Under the pieces are notes generated by a model. That model was not told the origin of the DNA. It searched no databases and worked only from the letters and a program-made list of their open reading frames with translations. From the NCBI RefSeq assembly GCF_030013595.1, contig NZ_CP122768.1: DNA of 64,000 nucleotides; one strand, written 5' to 3'. The position numbers were made by a program, and so were the translations under genes. The stretch is from Escherichia coli (GTDB taxonomy: Bacteria; Pseudomonadota; Gammaproteobacteria; Enterobacterales; Enterobacteriaceae). Position 1 is the stretch's first letter. Each line of letters begins with the position of its first letter. Below are positions 1 through 9,899 of the stretch, piece after piece.

Positions 1-54
1 ATGCAGGAAGCATAGATCCTTTGAGCGGAGTTTCTGATATCTGAGGAGTGCGAA

Positions 55-816
55 ATGCAATTGAGCAGCAGTGAACCTTGCGTGGTGATCCTGACCGAAA
101 AAGAGGTAGAGGTAAGCGTTAATAACCATGCTACGTTTACCCTTCCGAAAAACTACCTGGCCGCCTTCGCGTGCAACAATAACGTCATTGAACTCTCAAC
201 GTTAAATCACGTATTAATCACCCACATCAACCGTAACATCATCAACGATTATCTGTTGTTTTTAAATAAGAACTTAACCTGCGTAAAGCCCTGGTCGCGG
301 CTGGCTACCCCGGTTATCGCTTGTCATAGCCGTACACCGGAAGTGTTCCGGCTAGCCGCCAACCACAGCAAGCAGCAACCCAGCAAACCCTGCGAAGCGG
401 AGTTGACGCGCGCATTGCTTTTTACCGTATTGTCTAACTTTCTTGAGCAATCGCGGTTTATTGCCCTACTGATGTATATCTTACGCAGTAGCGTCCGTGA
501 CAGCGTCTGCCGCATTATTCAAAGCGATATTCAGCATTACTGGAATCTGCGAATTGTCGCCAGTTCGCTATGTTTAAGCCCCAGCCTGCTCAAAAAGAAA
601 TTAAAAAACGAAAATACCAGCTATAGCCAGATTGTCACAGAGTGTCGTATGCGTTACGCCGTACAGATGTTATTGATGGATAACAAAAATATCACTCAGG
701 TAGCGCAATTATGTGGCTATAGCAGCACGTCGTACTTTATCTCTGTTTTTAAGGCGTTTTACGGCCTGACACCGTTGAATTATCTCGCCAAACAGCGACA
801 AAAAGTGATGTGGTGA
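55..816 (+). CDS. envY: AraC-family transcriptional regulator EnvY
   Basis: 253-aa ORF with C-terminal AraC-type HTH; matches the porin thermoregulator EnvY from memory; lies just outside attL. Confidence 0.8.
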   Translation: MQLSSSEPCVVILTEKEVEVSVNNHATFTLPKNYLAAFACNNNVIELSTLNHVLITHINRNIINDYLLFLNKNLTCVKPWSRLATPVIACHSRTPEVFRLAANHSKQQPSKPCEAELTRALLFTVLSNFLEQSRFIALLMYILRSSVRDSVCRIIQSDIQHYWNLRIVASSLCLSPSLLKKKLKNENTSYSQIVTECRMRYAVQMLLMDNKNITQVAQLCGYSSTSYFISVFKAFYGLTPLNYLAKQRQKVMW

Positions 817-859
817 AGGGCAAAGCGGAAACGGATAAGACGGGGATAAATGAAGAAGA

Positions 860-906
860 AATGGCGCGCCCTGCAGGATTCGAACCTGCGGCCCACGACT
901 TAGAAG
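860..906. repeat. attL: 47-bp duplicate of the 3' end of tRNA-Arg argU
   Basis: Sequence aatggcgcgccctgcaggattcgaacctgcggcccacgacttagaag is identical to 46112-46158; it diverges immediately after. Confidence 0.85.
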
Positions 907-1328
907 TTCCTAGAACGACATTTTAAGTCAACAACTTACCGCGCCATCTCTGCGCTCACACGTCCCACTACCTCAAAACATGTAAAGCCTTGCAAGCCAT
1001 TGTGAGGCCTTATGTGTCTCAGTTTTGTCCCTCTTTTTTGTACCAAAAAACATAGCAATTGAGGATAAACCTCATGCTATTTTCGCTTATATGCCTCTAA
1101 AGGCATGGCGCTTAAATAGATAAAAACACCACAAAAGCATAAAAAACCACACAGTAAAACCGCAACATAAAACAATAACAGATAATTAAACCAAAAACAG
1201 ATAGCGCATTGTGATAATCATTCAATACTAAACAAAATATAAACAGTGGAGCAATATGTAATTGACTCATTAAGTTAGATATAAAAAATACATATTCAAT
1301 CATTAAAACGATTGAATGGAGAACTTTT

Positions 1329-2282
1329 ATGCGGGCGAAACTTCTGGGAATAGTCCTGACAACCCCTATTGCGATCAGCTCTTTTGCTTCTACCGAGACT
1401 TTATCGTTTACTCCTGACAACATAAATGCGGACATTAGTCTTGGAACTCTGAGCGGAAAAACAAAAGAGCGTGTTTATCTAGCCGAAGAAGGAGGCCGAA
1501 AAGTCAGTCAACTCGACTGGAAATTCAATAACGCTGCAATTATTAAAGGTGCAATTAATTGGGATTTGATGCCCCAGATATCTATCGGGGCTGCTGGCTG
1601 GACAACTCTCGGCAGCCGAGGTGGCAATATGGTCGATCAGGACTGGATGGATTCCAGTAACCCCGGAACCTGGACGGATGAAAGTAGACACCCTGATACA
1701 CAACTCAATTATGCCAACGAATTTGATCTGAATATCAAAGGCTGGCTCCTCAACGAACCCAATTACCGCCTGGGACTCATGGCCGGATATCAGGAAAGCC
1801 GTTATAGCTTTACAGCCAGAGGTGGTTCCTATATCTACAGTTCTGAGGAGGGATTCAGAGATGATATCGGCTCCTTCCCGAATGGAGAAAGAGCAATCGG
1901 CTACAAACAACGTTTTAAAATGCCCTACATTGGCTTGACTGGAAGTTATCGTTATGAAGATTTTGAGCTAGGTGGCACATTTAAATACAGCGGCTGGGTG
2001 GAAGCATCTGATAACGATGAGCACTATGACCCAGGAAAAAGAATCACTTATCGCAGTAAAGTCAAAGACCAAAATTACTATTCTGTTGCAGTCAATGCAG
2101 GTTATTACGTAACACCTAACGCAAAAGTTTATGTTGAAGGCGCATGGAATCGGGTTACGAATAAAAAAGGTAATACTTCACTTTATGATCACAATGATAA
2201 CACTTCAGACTACAGCAAAAATGGTGCAGGCATAGAAAACTATAACTTCATCACTACTGCTGGTCTTAAGTACACCTTTTAA
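1329..2282 (+). CDS. ompT: Outer membrane protease OmpT (omptin)
   Basis: 317-aa ORF with signal peptide and beta-barrel omptin sequence recognised from memory; prophage cargo as in DLP12. Confidence 0.9.
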   Translation: MRAKLLGIVLTTPIAISSFASTETLSFTPDNINADISLGTLSGKTKERVYLAEEGGRKVSQLDWKFNNAAIIKGAINWDLMPQISIGAAGWTTLGSRGGNMVDQDWMDSSNPGTWTDESRHPDTQLNYANEFDLNIKGWLLNEPNYRLGLMAGYQESRYSFTARGGSYIYSSEEGFRDDIGSFPNGERAIGYKQRFKMPYIGLTGSYRYEDFELGGTFKYSGWVEASDNDEHYDPGKRITYRSKVKDQNYYSVAVNAGYYVTPNAKVYVEGAWNRVTNKKGNTSLYDHNDNTSDYSKNGAGIENYNFITTAGLKYTF

Positions 2283-2301
2283 CGAAGTTAACCAGATTTT
2301 C

Positions 2302-2338
2302 TCCCCGGTGGTATTGTATAACCCCGGGGAATTTGTTT
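2302..2338 (+). terminator. Putative intrinsic terminator after ompT
   Basis: Hairpin tccccgg(14-nt loop)ccgggga followed by a T-rich tract atttgttt. Confidence 0.45.
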
Positions 2339-2468
2339 ACAGTTACAAGTAGACAATATCCACTAATTTTGTAAGCATTTAACCTATGTCATAACGTGTA
2401 ATCTCTTACCGCAACACAAGACCTCAATATATTCAAATTTTATCTTTATTCCGATATTCAGAGACACA

Positions 2469-3953
2469 ATGCGAAAAATAATTACTCATTTCAAAGTTGT
2501 TTTAACGTTACTTCTACCAGTAACCGTATCTGCCCAGCAGATACAGTGGCAATCCTGTATGGCCAGTCAATTCAACCACTGGTTTGGTGAGGAAAAACCG
2601 TCTCCTGACTTACTATGTGGTTATTTGTCTGTTCCATTAAAATATACAGACACAGGCGGAGATGCTTCTTATGAAAAAAAATCACAAGTCAAACTAGCGT
2701 TGACAAAATTGCCGGCAAAAAGCAAGCATAAAGGAAGTATCCTGATAATAAGTGGTGGTCCCGGGTTACCAGGCATAAATCCTTATATTAACTTTGACTG
2801 GCCAGTCACAAATCTTCGTGAGTCATGGGATATTATTGGATTTGATCCTCGAGGCGTCGGACAGTCCACTCCGACAATAAACTGCCGGCAATCAGATACA
2901 GAGACTCAGGAAAACATAACCGAAAAGCAACAAGTATTAAATAAAATTAATGCCTGTATCCATAATACCGGAGCCGAAGTCATTCGCCATATCGGCTCTA
3001 ACGAGGCTGTATACGATATTGATCGTATTAGGCAAGCCTTGGGGGATAAACAACTGACAGCCGTGGCGTATTCGTATGGAACTCAAATTGCAGCCTTATA
3101 TGCAGAACGTTTTCCCTACAACGTAAGATCTATCGTTCTTGATGGAGTCGTCGATATCGATGACCTGGAGGACAACTTCACATGGCAACTCAAACAGGCA
3201 CAGAGTTATCAGGAAACGTTTGATCGCTTTGCATCCTGGTGTGCGCGTACAAAAAGTTGCCCGCTTTCTTCAGACAGAGATAAGGCAATAACTCACTTCC
3301 ATGAGCTATTATCAAAATTACATCACAAACCTTTATTAGACAGTAAGGGAGAAAATATATCTTCAGGTGAACTCATATCATTAACAACAGACCTTCTGCT
3401 ATGGCGTTCATCATGGCCAACCCTTGCAACTGCCATACGCCAGTTCTCTCAGGGGATTGTCAGTAATGAAATTGAAACTGCGCTCAGTGCTCCGATAGCC
3501 TCAGAAGAGTCAAGCGATGCTTCGGGGGTAATCCTCTGTGTAGATCAGGGGGATGAGCAATTAACACCAGAAGAGCGAAAATCCCGAAAAGACGCTCTTG
3601 CGAATGCCTTCCCGGCTATTAACTTTGACAATGGACGTTCCGATTCACCTGATTTTTGTGAATTATGGCCAATACATAGCGACCTGAACAAAACTCGCCT
3701 GAAAAATACTGTTCTGCCCTCTGGTTTACTGTTTGTAGCACACAAATACGACCCAACAACGCCCTGGATTAATGCCCGTAAGATGGCAGAGAAATTTTCC
3801 AGCCCGTTACTAACAATAAATGGTGATGGGCATACATTAGCTCTCACCGGAGTTAATTTATGTGTAGATAAAGCAGTTGTACATCACCTGATCACTCCAC
3901 AAAAAATAGAAAATATATACTGCCCAGGAAATTCTGAAGCAGAAATACAATAA
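2469..3953 (+). CDS. Secreted alpha/beta-hydrolase fold peptidase (S33 / TAP-like)
   Basis: 494-aa ORF; N-terminal signal peptide; GGPG oxyanion-hole motif (ISGGPGLPG); Ser nucleophile motif AYSYG; occupies the position where K-12 DLP12 has appY. Confidence 0.7.
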   Translation: MRKIITHFKVVLTLLLPVTVSAQQIQWQSCMASQFNHWFGEEKPSPDLLCGYLSVPLKYTDTGGDASYEKKSQVKLALTKLPAKSKHKGSILIISGGPGLPGINPYINFDWPVTNLRESWDIIGFDPRGVGQSTPTINCRQSDTETQENITEKQQVLNKINACIHNTGAEVIRHIGSNEAVYDIDRIRQALGDKQLTAVAYSYGTQIAALYAERFPYNVRSIVLDGVVDIDDLEDNFTWQLKQAQSYQETFDRFASWCARTKSCPLSSDRDKAITHFHELLSKLHHKPLLDSKGENISSGELISLTTDLLLWRSSWPTLATAIRQFSQGIVSNEIETALSAPIASEESSDASGVILCVDQGDEQLTPEERKSRKDALANAFPAINFDNGRSDSPDFCELWPIHSDLNKTRLKNTVLPSGLLFVAHKYDPTTPWINARKMAEKFSSPLLTINGDGHTLALTGVNLCVDKAVVHHLITPQKIENIYCPGNSEAEIQ

Positions 3954-3973
3954 TTTCAAAATATTCCGCTATT

Positions 3974-4015
3974 TGCTCCCAATGCAAAACATATATTGCA
4001 TTGGGAGCATATTCA
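3974..4015 (+). terminator. Intrinsic terminator (perfect 14-bp stem)
   Basis: tgctcccaatgcaa / ttgcattgggagca inverted repeat with 8-nt loop, followed by a T-rich tract. Confidence 0.6.
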
Positions 4016-4136
4016 TATTTTTGTTATTCTTGTATGAAATCGTCTCATGTACACGGTCCTTTTTTCGCCGAAAACTGATATTACTTTAATCAAAAGTTGA
4101 CGTGCCAGATTCGAAGTAAATTTATAAAATATCAAA

Positions 4137-4442
4137 TCAATATACATTTTGCACCTTCGAGATAGTAATGGCTGTTACTGTAACATGGGTTACAAACAGC
4201 TTCATACCCAGAGCTACTGATGTATCAACACGATTCAACAATACCCGATATTTATTCCATGCCTCCAGCAACGATCTTTCTTCCTCCGTTGCGATTTCCA
4301 GATCTACAGCATCCTGCAGTGGCGCAATATACTCACTGAATTCCTGGATGTAGAACTGTGTGGTGACGGTCTTCCAGCCATTCGGCTCCTGCTGTATCGA
4401 AGCATACCAGGCTATTTCAATATCGCTATGCTGCGGCAGCAT
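4137..4442 (-). pseudogene. Tail fiber assembly gene remnant (tfaX-like)
   Basis: 101-aa ORF whose N-terminal ~40 aa aligns with the C-terminal region of the Tfa at 5222-5806 (APLQDAxDLEIATE..[18 protein letters not shown]) and then diverges. Confidence 0.6.
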
Positions 4443-4498
4443 TTAACCCCTTGTAATTCATCGCCATAATTGATTTAATTCACAAATAAAACTATAAC

Positions 4499-5167
4499 AT
4501 GGTGAAATTAATGAAAAAAAACACAGATGATGGGGCTAAAATTTACACACCACTTACCCTAAAGCTTTATGACTGGTGGGTTTTGGGAGTATCAAATCGG
4601 CTTGCATGGGGATGTCCTACAAAGGAACACCTTCTTCCACACTTTCTGGAACATTTAGGTAACAACCATCTGGATATTGGTGTTGGAACTGGGTTTTACC
4701 TTACTCACGTACCTGAGAGTAGTCTGATATCTTTAATGGATTTGAACGAAGCTAGCCTGAACGCGGCATCTACAAGGGCTGGGGAATCAAAAATTAAACA
4801 TAAAATTAGCCATGATGTTTTTGAACCTTATCCCGCGGCGTTACATGGTCAATTTGATTCCATTTCCATGTTTTACCTTCTTCACTGCCTGCCTGGAAAT
4901 ATATCTACAAAAAGCTGTGTAATACGCAATGCGGCGCAGGCCTTAACTGACGATGGAACTCTATACGGAGCCACAATTCTTGGCGATGGAGTTGTGCACA
5001 ATAGCTTCGGTCAAAAACTGATGCGCATTTACAATCAGAAAGGCATCTTTTCAAACACAAAAGATTCCGAAGAAGGCTTAACACATATACTCTCAGAGCA
5101 TTTCGAGAATGTTAAAACCAAGGTTCAAGGTACTGTAGTAATGTTTTCCGCTTCAGGGAAAAAATAG
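4499..5167 (+). CDS. Class I SAM-dependent methyltransferase (YbcY-like)
   Basis: 222-aa ORF with the glycine-rich SAM-binding motif DIGVGTG; same position as ybcY between tfa copies in DLP12. Confidence 0.7.
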   Translation: MVKLMKKNTDDGAKIYTPLTLKLYDWWVLGVSNRLAWGCPTKEHLLPHFLEHLGNNHLDIGVGTGFYLTHVPESSLISLMDLNEASLNAASTRAGESKIKHKISHDVFEPYPAALHGQFDSISMFYLLHCLPGNISTKSCVIRNAAQALTDDGTLYGATILGDGVVHNSFGQKLMRIYNQKGIFSNTKDSEEGLTHILSEHFENVKTKVQGTVVMFSASGKK

Positions 5168-5221
5168 CATCCAACCGCAGCACGTTCTTGCTTAAGACGT
5201 GCTGCGGCATAATCCCAATGA

Positions 5222-5806
5222 TTACTCCCTGACAGGGTTCGTAGGCCACTCAATATCAGGTGCAGTTGATGTATCAACACGGTTCAGCAACACCCGATAC
5301 TTTTTCCAGGCTTCCAGCAACGAGGTTTCTCCCTCCGTTGCGATTTCCAGATCTGCAGCATCCTGAAGTGGCGCAATATGCTCACTGGCTACCTGCATCA
5401 GGCTGTTTTTTGTTTCTTCCGCCTCCCGGATCCGGAACAGTTTTTCTGCTTCTGCATCTTTCACCCAGGTTGTGCCGTTCCACTTCTGAAACTCCCCTTC
5501 CGGGGATAACCAGGTGACATTTTCCGGTAATGAGCCGAGTTCAGAAATAAATAACGCGTCGCCGGAAGCCACGTCATAGACGGTTTTACCCCGATGGTCT
5601 TCAACGAGATGCCACGATGCCTCATCACTGTTGAAAACAGCCACAAAGCCAGCCGGAATATCTGGCGGTGCAATATCGGTACTGTTTGCTGGCAGACCTG
5701 TATGAGGCGGAATATATGCGTCACCTTCACCAATAAATTCATTAGTTCCGGCCAGCAGATTATAAATTTTTATGGTCCGTGGTTGTTCACTCATTCTGAA
5801 TGCCAT
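5222..5806 (-). CDS. tfa: Tail fiber assembly protein Tfa
   Basis: 194-aa ORF immediately downstream of stf; lambda Tfa-like sequence. Confidence 0.85.
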   Translation of the reverse strand: MAFRMSEQPRTIKIYNLLAGTNEFIGEGDAYIPPHTGLPANSTDIAPPDIPAGFVAVFNSDEASWHLVEDHRGKTVYDVASGDALFISELGSLPENVTWLSPEGEFQKWNGTTWVKDAEAEKLFRIREAEETKNSLMQVASEHIAPLQDAADLEIATEGETSLLEAWKKYRVLLNRVDTSTAPDIEWPTNPVRE

Positions 5807-8800
5807 TATGCAAGCCTCACAATATAGTTAAATGCGATGTTTTTGACGGTGTTTTCCGCGTTACCAGCAGCGTTAACGGTGATGGTGTGTCCATGTGAGC
5901 CAATCGCAACCGAGTGCGTATGAGCACCAATACCGACAGTATGTGCGTGTGCACCTGCGCTTGCAGCAGTGCCGGACAGTGAGTGGGTATGTGCGCCAGC
6001 AGATGATGTTGCATAGTTTTGATTATGCACAACAGACAATCTTGTTGATGCACTACCAGCACCGGAGTTAGCACTAGCCGTGTTCACGTTGGCTAGTGAG
6101 TGTGTGTGTGCTCCAGCCGAGTTTGTAGAGCCGCTCACACTGTGTGTATGTGCCCCGGTGTTATTCGTAGATTTAGTGCCGTAATCAAACGACGATGTGG
6201 TTTTCGTACCCAAATCCGTACTTGATGCGCTGGCGCTGTGGGTGTGCGATTTAATGCCGTCCTGTTCCTGAGACAATACGGCACGACCACTGGCGGGCTT
6301 GCCCTTAATCGTCCAGCCACGCATATCAGGGATCACGCCTGACGGATAAGCAACTGCAAGTTTCGGGTATGCAGATTTGTCAAAAGTCTGCCCCTGCATC
6401 AGGGCATAACCAGACGGAACGGTATCTGATGGCCACGGAATTGGTGCGCCAACTGGGTAGCTTTCTGGTGGAAGATTTTTCGAGGTATAAACTTCTGCCC
6501 AGCCTTCCTCAAAACCATAGCCATCTCTTGAGGAACGGTAGAACAGACCTCCATTTCTGTAATGCGCCTTCATCTGCAGGGTCCGGCAACTTCCGACTCC
6601 GGTATAGAAGTTAACCAGAATATAGCTGTCGCCAGAGCGGGTGACATTGTAAGCGCCTGATTCGGCATTCCAGGGAACGCCACCATCCGCATCGGCATAT
6701 GTATCCGTTGCCCTTCTGGCAAAAGCAGCCACATGCGCGGCGGTTAAAGTAATATCTTTTGAACCATCAAACTCAACCCCAGAAACCAGTCTTGGCGTTT
6801 GCAGCTTTGTTGCTGTCAATGCGTTACCGTTCAGACTTGCAGACAGTTTGGTTCCAATAACCAGTTCGCCGGTTGCGTTATCAATAGCAAACGGTCTTAA
6901 TGTATTCCAGCCACCATAAACATCACCTTGATTGGTAAGCAGCAGGTAAGTTTTAGCGCCATCATTACGCCATAATGCCCCATACTCCCCACCTATCATT
7001 CGAATCTGATTACCACCACGCGCTACAATTTCGTCTGTGGCAAAAAGTTTTTTGCACGACAAGTTATCGTTAACGATTAACGAATGGGACTCATAAAAAC
7101 CACGCCCACTCTTAAAATCAAGGATAACGTCCGCCGCGATACATTCAGTCGCTGGAATTGTTGCCCCAAACTTATAGGTCGTATCATTAACAACGAGATC
7201 AGCACCAGGTGCGGATATTGACAGGCCATCTTCGATAAACGCAAAAACAGGGAAAGCAGCGCCATCAACATAGAACACAGAGCGCAAATCATCGCCCTTA
7301 TTACTCATCATTATTGAGTGGATGGCTCGTTCATTGTTTTGATATTGCCAGAACATTCCATAAGCATAACGCCCCCTGTCAGTCCAGCCACCAGGCATAA
7401 CAAATCCGTTAAACTCGCAGTTATTCATCGGATCGCCTGCGGTTCGCGTTGCCGTGGTGATAATGACCCTTGATGCCAGTTCGCTTACTGAGCCAGCAGA
7501 ACGCATAACAACAACAGGGTAATATTTTCCAGATGTTGCACCTGCAGGAGCGTTAACCCGCACATAACGCATACCACGCTTATCAGCAAAGTCTGTTTTA
7601 CTGACCGCGTTAATGTTGTTCAGGAAGCGTCCCTTATCGGGTATATCAGCGCCGTTCTGGTCTTTCTGCAGACGTTTCTCTGCATTGTCATAGGCTGATT
7701 TTACTGACTTTGGCGTTGCCGCCAGCGTTTCAGACGTACTGTTGGTCGCACTGCTGAGCTGTACTATCCCCTTTTTCGTCGTACTTGCATCCTCAAGCGC
7801 CACGGCGGATGCAATATCCTCTGCCCGTTTAGCTGCTGTCTCGGCGCGCGTTGCCGCGGATTCCGCCGTACTTTTGCTCTGTGCTGCCGCTGTCGCACTG
7901 CCAGCAGCCTCTGTCGCCTTCGTGGATGCCGTCGTGGCGCTGCCCTTCGCTGCTGACGCCTGTCTGGTCGCCTCATCTTTTGAAGCAGACGCAGATGATG
8001 CCGATGACGCCGCCGAACTGGCGGACGATGCCGCTGCCGTTTTTGAGGATTCTGCGCTGGTTTCCGACGCTTTCGCGTTCGTTTCGGATGTCTTCGCTGC
8101 GGATGCAGACCTCGCTGCTGCGCTGGCCTGTTCAGCGGCTTCGCCAGCCTTCGTTGTGGCTGTTGAAGCGGACAATGCAGCGCTTTCTGCCGATTTTCCG
8201 GCGGCGGTGGCACTGGCTGAGGCCTGCCCGGCACTTGTTGACGCTGCACTGGCAGACGACGCAGCCGCTGTTTTTGAGCCTGCCGCAGCTGAGGCGCTCT
8301 GTCCCGCTGCCGTTTCAGAAGACCTGGCGTTCGTCTCGGACGTTTTTGCCGCCTTCGCGGAATTTCCTGCCGCCGTTGCCGAGGAAGCTGCACTACTGGC
8401 GCTCGAGGCTGCGCTCGTTTCTGATGATTTTGCAGCCTCTTTTGAGGCCGCCGCATCCCGGGCCGAGGTCGCAGCTTCTGATGCCTTCGTGGTCGCGGTG
8501 GATGCAGATGTGGCTGCTGATTGTTGTGACGCTGAAGCATTCGTTTCTGACGTTTTCGCCGCACCGGCACTGGTGGCCGCCGCGCTTTTTGAGGACTCTG
8601 CAGCGGCAGCACTTTTTGATGCTTCAGTGGCCTTTGTTGATGCCGTTCCTGCGCTGGAAGACGCTGACTGAGCCGACGAAGCGGCCTGTCCGGCTGACGT
8701 GCTGGCTGCGCGTGCTGAGCCTGCAGCATCAGTCGCATGGGTTGCCGCCTCACGGGCAGATGTGCCGGCATCGCCGGCTGACTTCTTCGCGGCTGCCGTG

Positions 8801-9165
8801 TTCTGTGCCACCACGGACGCGTTACGCGCCACCTCTTCCACCATCAGCTCAAAACGGCGCAGTGCCTCCGGACGGGCATCATCCTCCGTCATGGCACCGA
8901 GAAAATCATTCAGCGTACCGGGTCGGGAATCTTCATACACTGTGATAGTCCCGGCATGTGACGGCGGGAATCCTTCCACCAACAGAATAACGCTGTACTG
9001 ACCGTACTCAACGTCCATACTGTAACGCCCGGCTTCATCCGGATTTTCTGAGGCCAGCGTGTTCACCACCACCGTGGTGCTGTTACGTTTTGCTTTCAGC
9101 TGGATTGTGCAGTTCTGTACCGGTTTTCCTGTGCCGTCTTTCAGTACACCTGAAATCTTTACTGC
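5806..9165 (-). CDS. stf: Side tail fiber protein Stf
   Basis: ~1120-aa ORF; lambda Stf-like N-terminus ([12 protein letters not shown]); long Ala/Ser/Thr-rich repeat region; C-terminal GAHTHS histidine repeats. Confidence 0.85.
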   Translation of the reverse strand, partial: AVKISGVLKDGTGKPVQNCTIQLKAKRNSTTVVVNTLASENPDEAGRYSMDVEYGQYSVILLVEGFPPSHAGTITVYEDSRPGTLNDFLGAMTEDDARPEALRRFELMVEEVARNASVVAQNTAAAKKSAGDAGTSAREAATHATDAAGSARAASTSAGQAASSAQSASSSAGTASTKATEASKSAAAAESSKSAAATSAGAAKTSETNASASQQSAATSASTATTKASEAATSARDAAASKEAAKSSETSAASSASSAASSATAAGNSAKAAKTSETNARSSETAAGQSASAAAGSKTAAASSASAASTSAGQASASATAAGKSAESAALSASTATTKAGEAAEQASAAARSASAAKTSETNAKASETSAESSKTAAASSASSAASSASSASASKDEATRQASAAKGSATTASTKATEAAGSATAAAQSKSTAESAATRAETAAKRAEDIASAVALEDASTTKKGIVQLSSATNSTSETLAATPKSVKSAYDNAEKRLQKDQNGADIPDKGRFLNNINAVSKTDFADKRGMRYVRVNAPAGATSGKYYPVVVMRSAGSVSELASRVIITTATRTAGDPMNNCEFNGFVMPGGWTDRGRYAYGMFWQYQNNERAIHSIMMSNKGDDLRSVFYVDGAAFPVFAFIEDGLSISAPGADLVVNDTTYKFGATIPATECIAADVILDFKSGRGFYESHSLIVNDNLSCKKLFATDEIVARGGNQIRMIGGEYGALWRNDGAKTYLLLTNQGDVYGGWNTLRPFAIDNATGELVIGTKLSASLNGNALTATKLQTPRLVSGVEFDGSKDITLTAAHVAAFARRATDTYADADGGVPWNAESGAYNVTRSGDSYILVNFYTGVGSCRTLQMKAHYRNGGLFYRSSRDGYGFEEGWAEVYTSKNLPPESYPVGAPIPWPSDTVPSGYALMQGQTFDKSAYPKLAVAYPSGVIPDMRGWTIKGKPASGRAVLSQEQDGIKSHTHSASASSTDLGTKTTSSFDYGTKSTNNTGAHTHSVSGSTNSAGAHTHSLANVNTASANSGAGSASTRLSVVHNQNYATSSAGAHTHSLSGTAASAGAHAHTVGIGAHTHSVAIGSHGHTITVNAAGNAENTVKNIAFNYIVRLA

Positions 9166-9178
9166 CATATTCACCCCA

Positions 9179-9206
9179 CAAAAAAGCCCGCCTGAACCGG
9201 CGGGCT
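9179..9206 (-). terminator. Intrinsic terminator downstream of lom
   Basis: Hairpin agcccgcc-tgaacc-ggcgggct followed by a U-run on the minus strand. Confidence 0.65.
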
Positions 9207-9232
9207 GTCATAACACTGTGTTACCTGGCTAA

Positions 9233-9832
9233 TCAGAATTTATAACCGACACCCACGATGAACCCGTCAGTGCGCCAGTCACCGCTGCCGGAGCCTTCAT
9301 AAGCGACGTCAACGGCCACGGATTCGGTCGGGTTAAACTGCACGCCAGCTCCCCACGCCAGAGACGTGTTGCTGTGGCGACCGTCATCACTTCCGGTCAG
9401 CACATCGTGCGTTTTCCCCTTGTTGTCAGTTACGCGGATATAATCTCCGGAGAAAGTCGACACACGGCTGTAAGCCATACCCGCCATCGCATACGCGCTG
9501 AACCATTCATTCACGCGCACAGACGGCCCCGCCATCACGCTGAACCAGCGGTTACGCACGGAATCTTCATGCCAGCGGGTATCGCTGTAATGCGTTTTTT
9601 GCTCATCTTCAGCGTTGGTATAACTGAATGACGTAATCAGCCCCAGCGTGTCCGTAAACTCATAACGGTATTTCACGTTAATCCCGTTCAGATTATCGCT
9701 GCCGGGAGCGTTCGTACGGGCATGAAGATACCCTGCGCTCAGTGTGGCCTGCTGCTCAGACGCCCATGCAGGCGCACCGGATACGGCCAGACAGATGGCT
9801 GCGGACAAAATGGCTGCACAAACTTTACGCAT
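9233..9832 (-). CDS. lom: Lom-like outer membrane protein (Ail/Lom family)
   Basis: 199-aa ORF with signal peptide; C-terminus YEGSGSGDWRTDGFIVGVGYKF as in lambda Lom. Confidence 0.85.
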   Translation of the reverse strand: MRKVCAAILSAAICLAVSGAPAWASEQQATLSAGYLHARTNAPGSDNLNGINVKYRYEFTDTLGLITSFSYTNAEDEQKTHYSDTRWHEDSVRNRWFSVMAGPSVRVNEWFSAYAMAGMAYSRVSTFSGDYIRVTDNKGKTHDVLTGSDDGRHSNTSLAWGAGVQFNPTESVAVDVAYEGSGSGDWRTDGFIVGVGYKF

Positions 9833-9899
9833 AATTACCTCTCGCTTTTCTGCAATAAAAAAGGCGCCATTTCTGGCGCCCGTATATGGGTTATAAAAT

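Noticed and set aside
1112-1435. 107-aa ORF on the - strand upstream of ompT
   Set aside because: Lies in the AT-rich ompT promoter/leader and overlaps the ompT start; hydrophobic low-complexity translation
4137-5806. Invertible tail-fibre segment (Mu G-segment / Min-like)
   Set aside because: The two tfa-related segments are in direct, not inverted, orientation and no invertase gene is adjacent
7742-8945. Long ORFs on both strands (309, 335 and 364 aa) inside stf
   Set aside because: Alternative-frame and antisense readings of the Ala/Ser repeat DNA; extreme low-complexity composition (Ala-, Arg/Pro/Gln- or Leu/Pro-rich); fully contained in the well-supported stf frame
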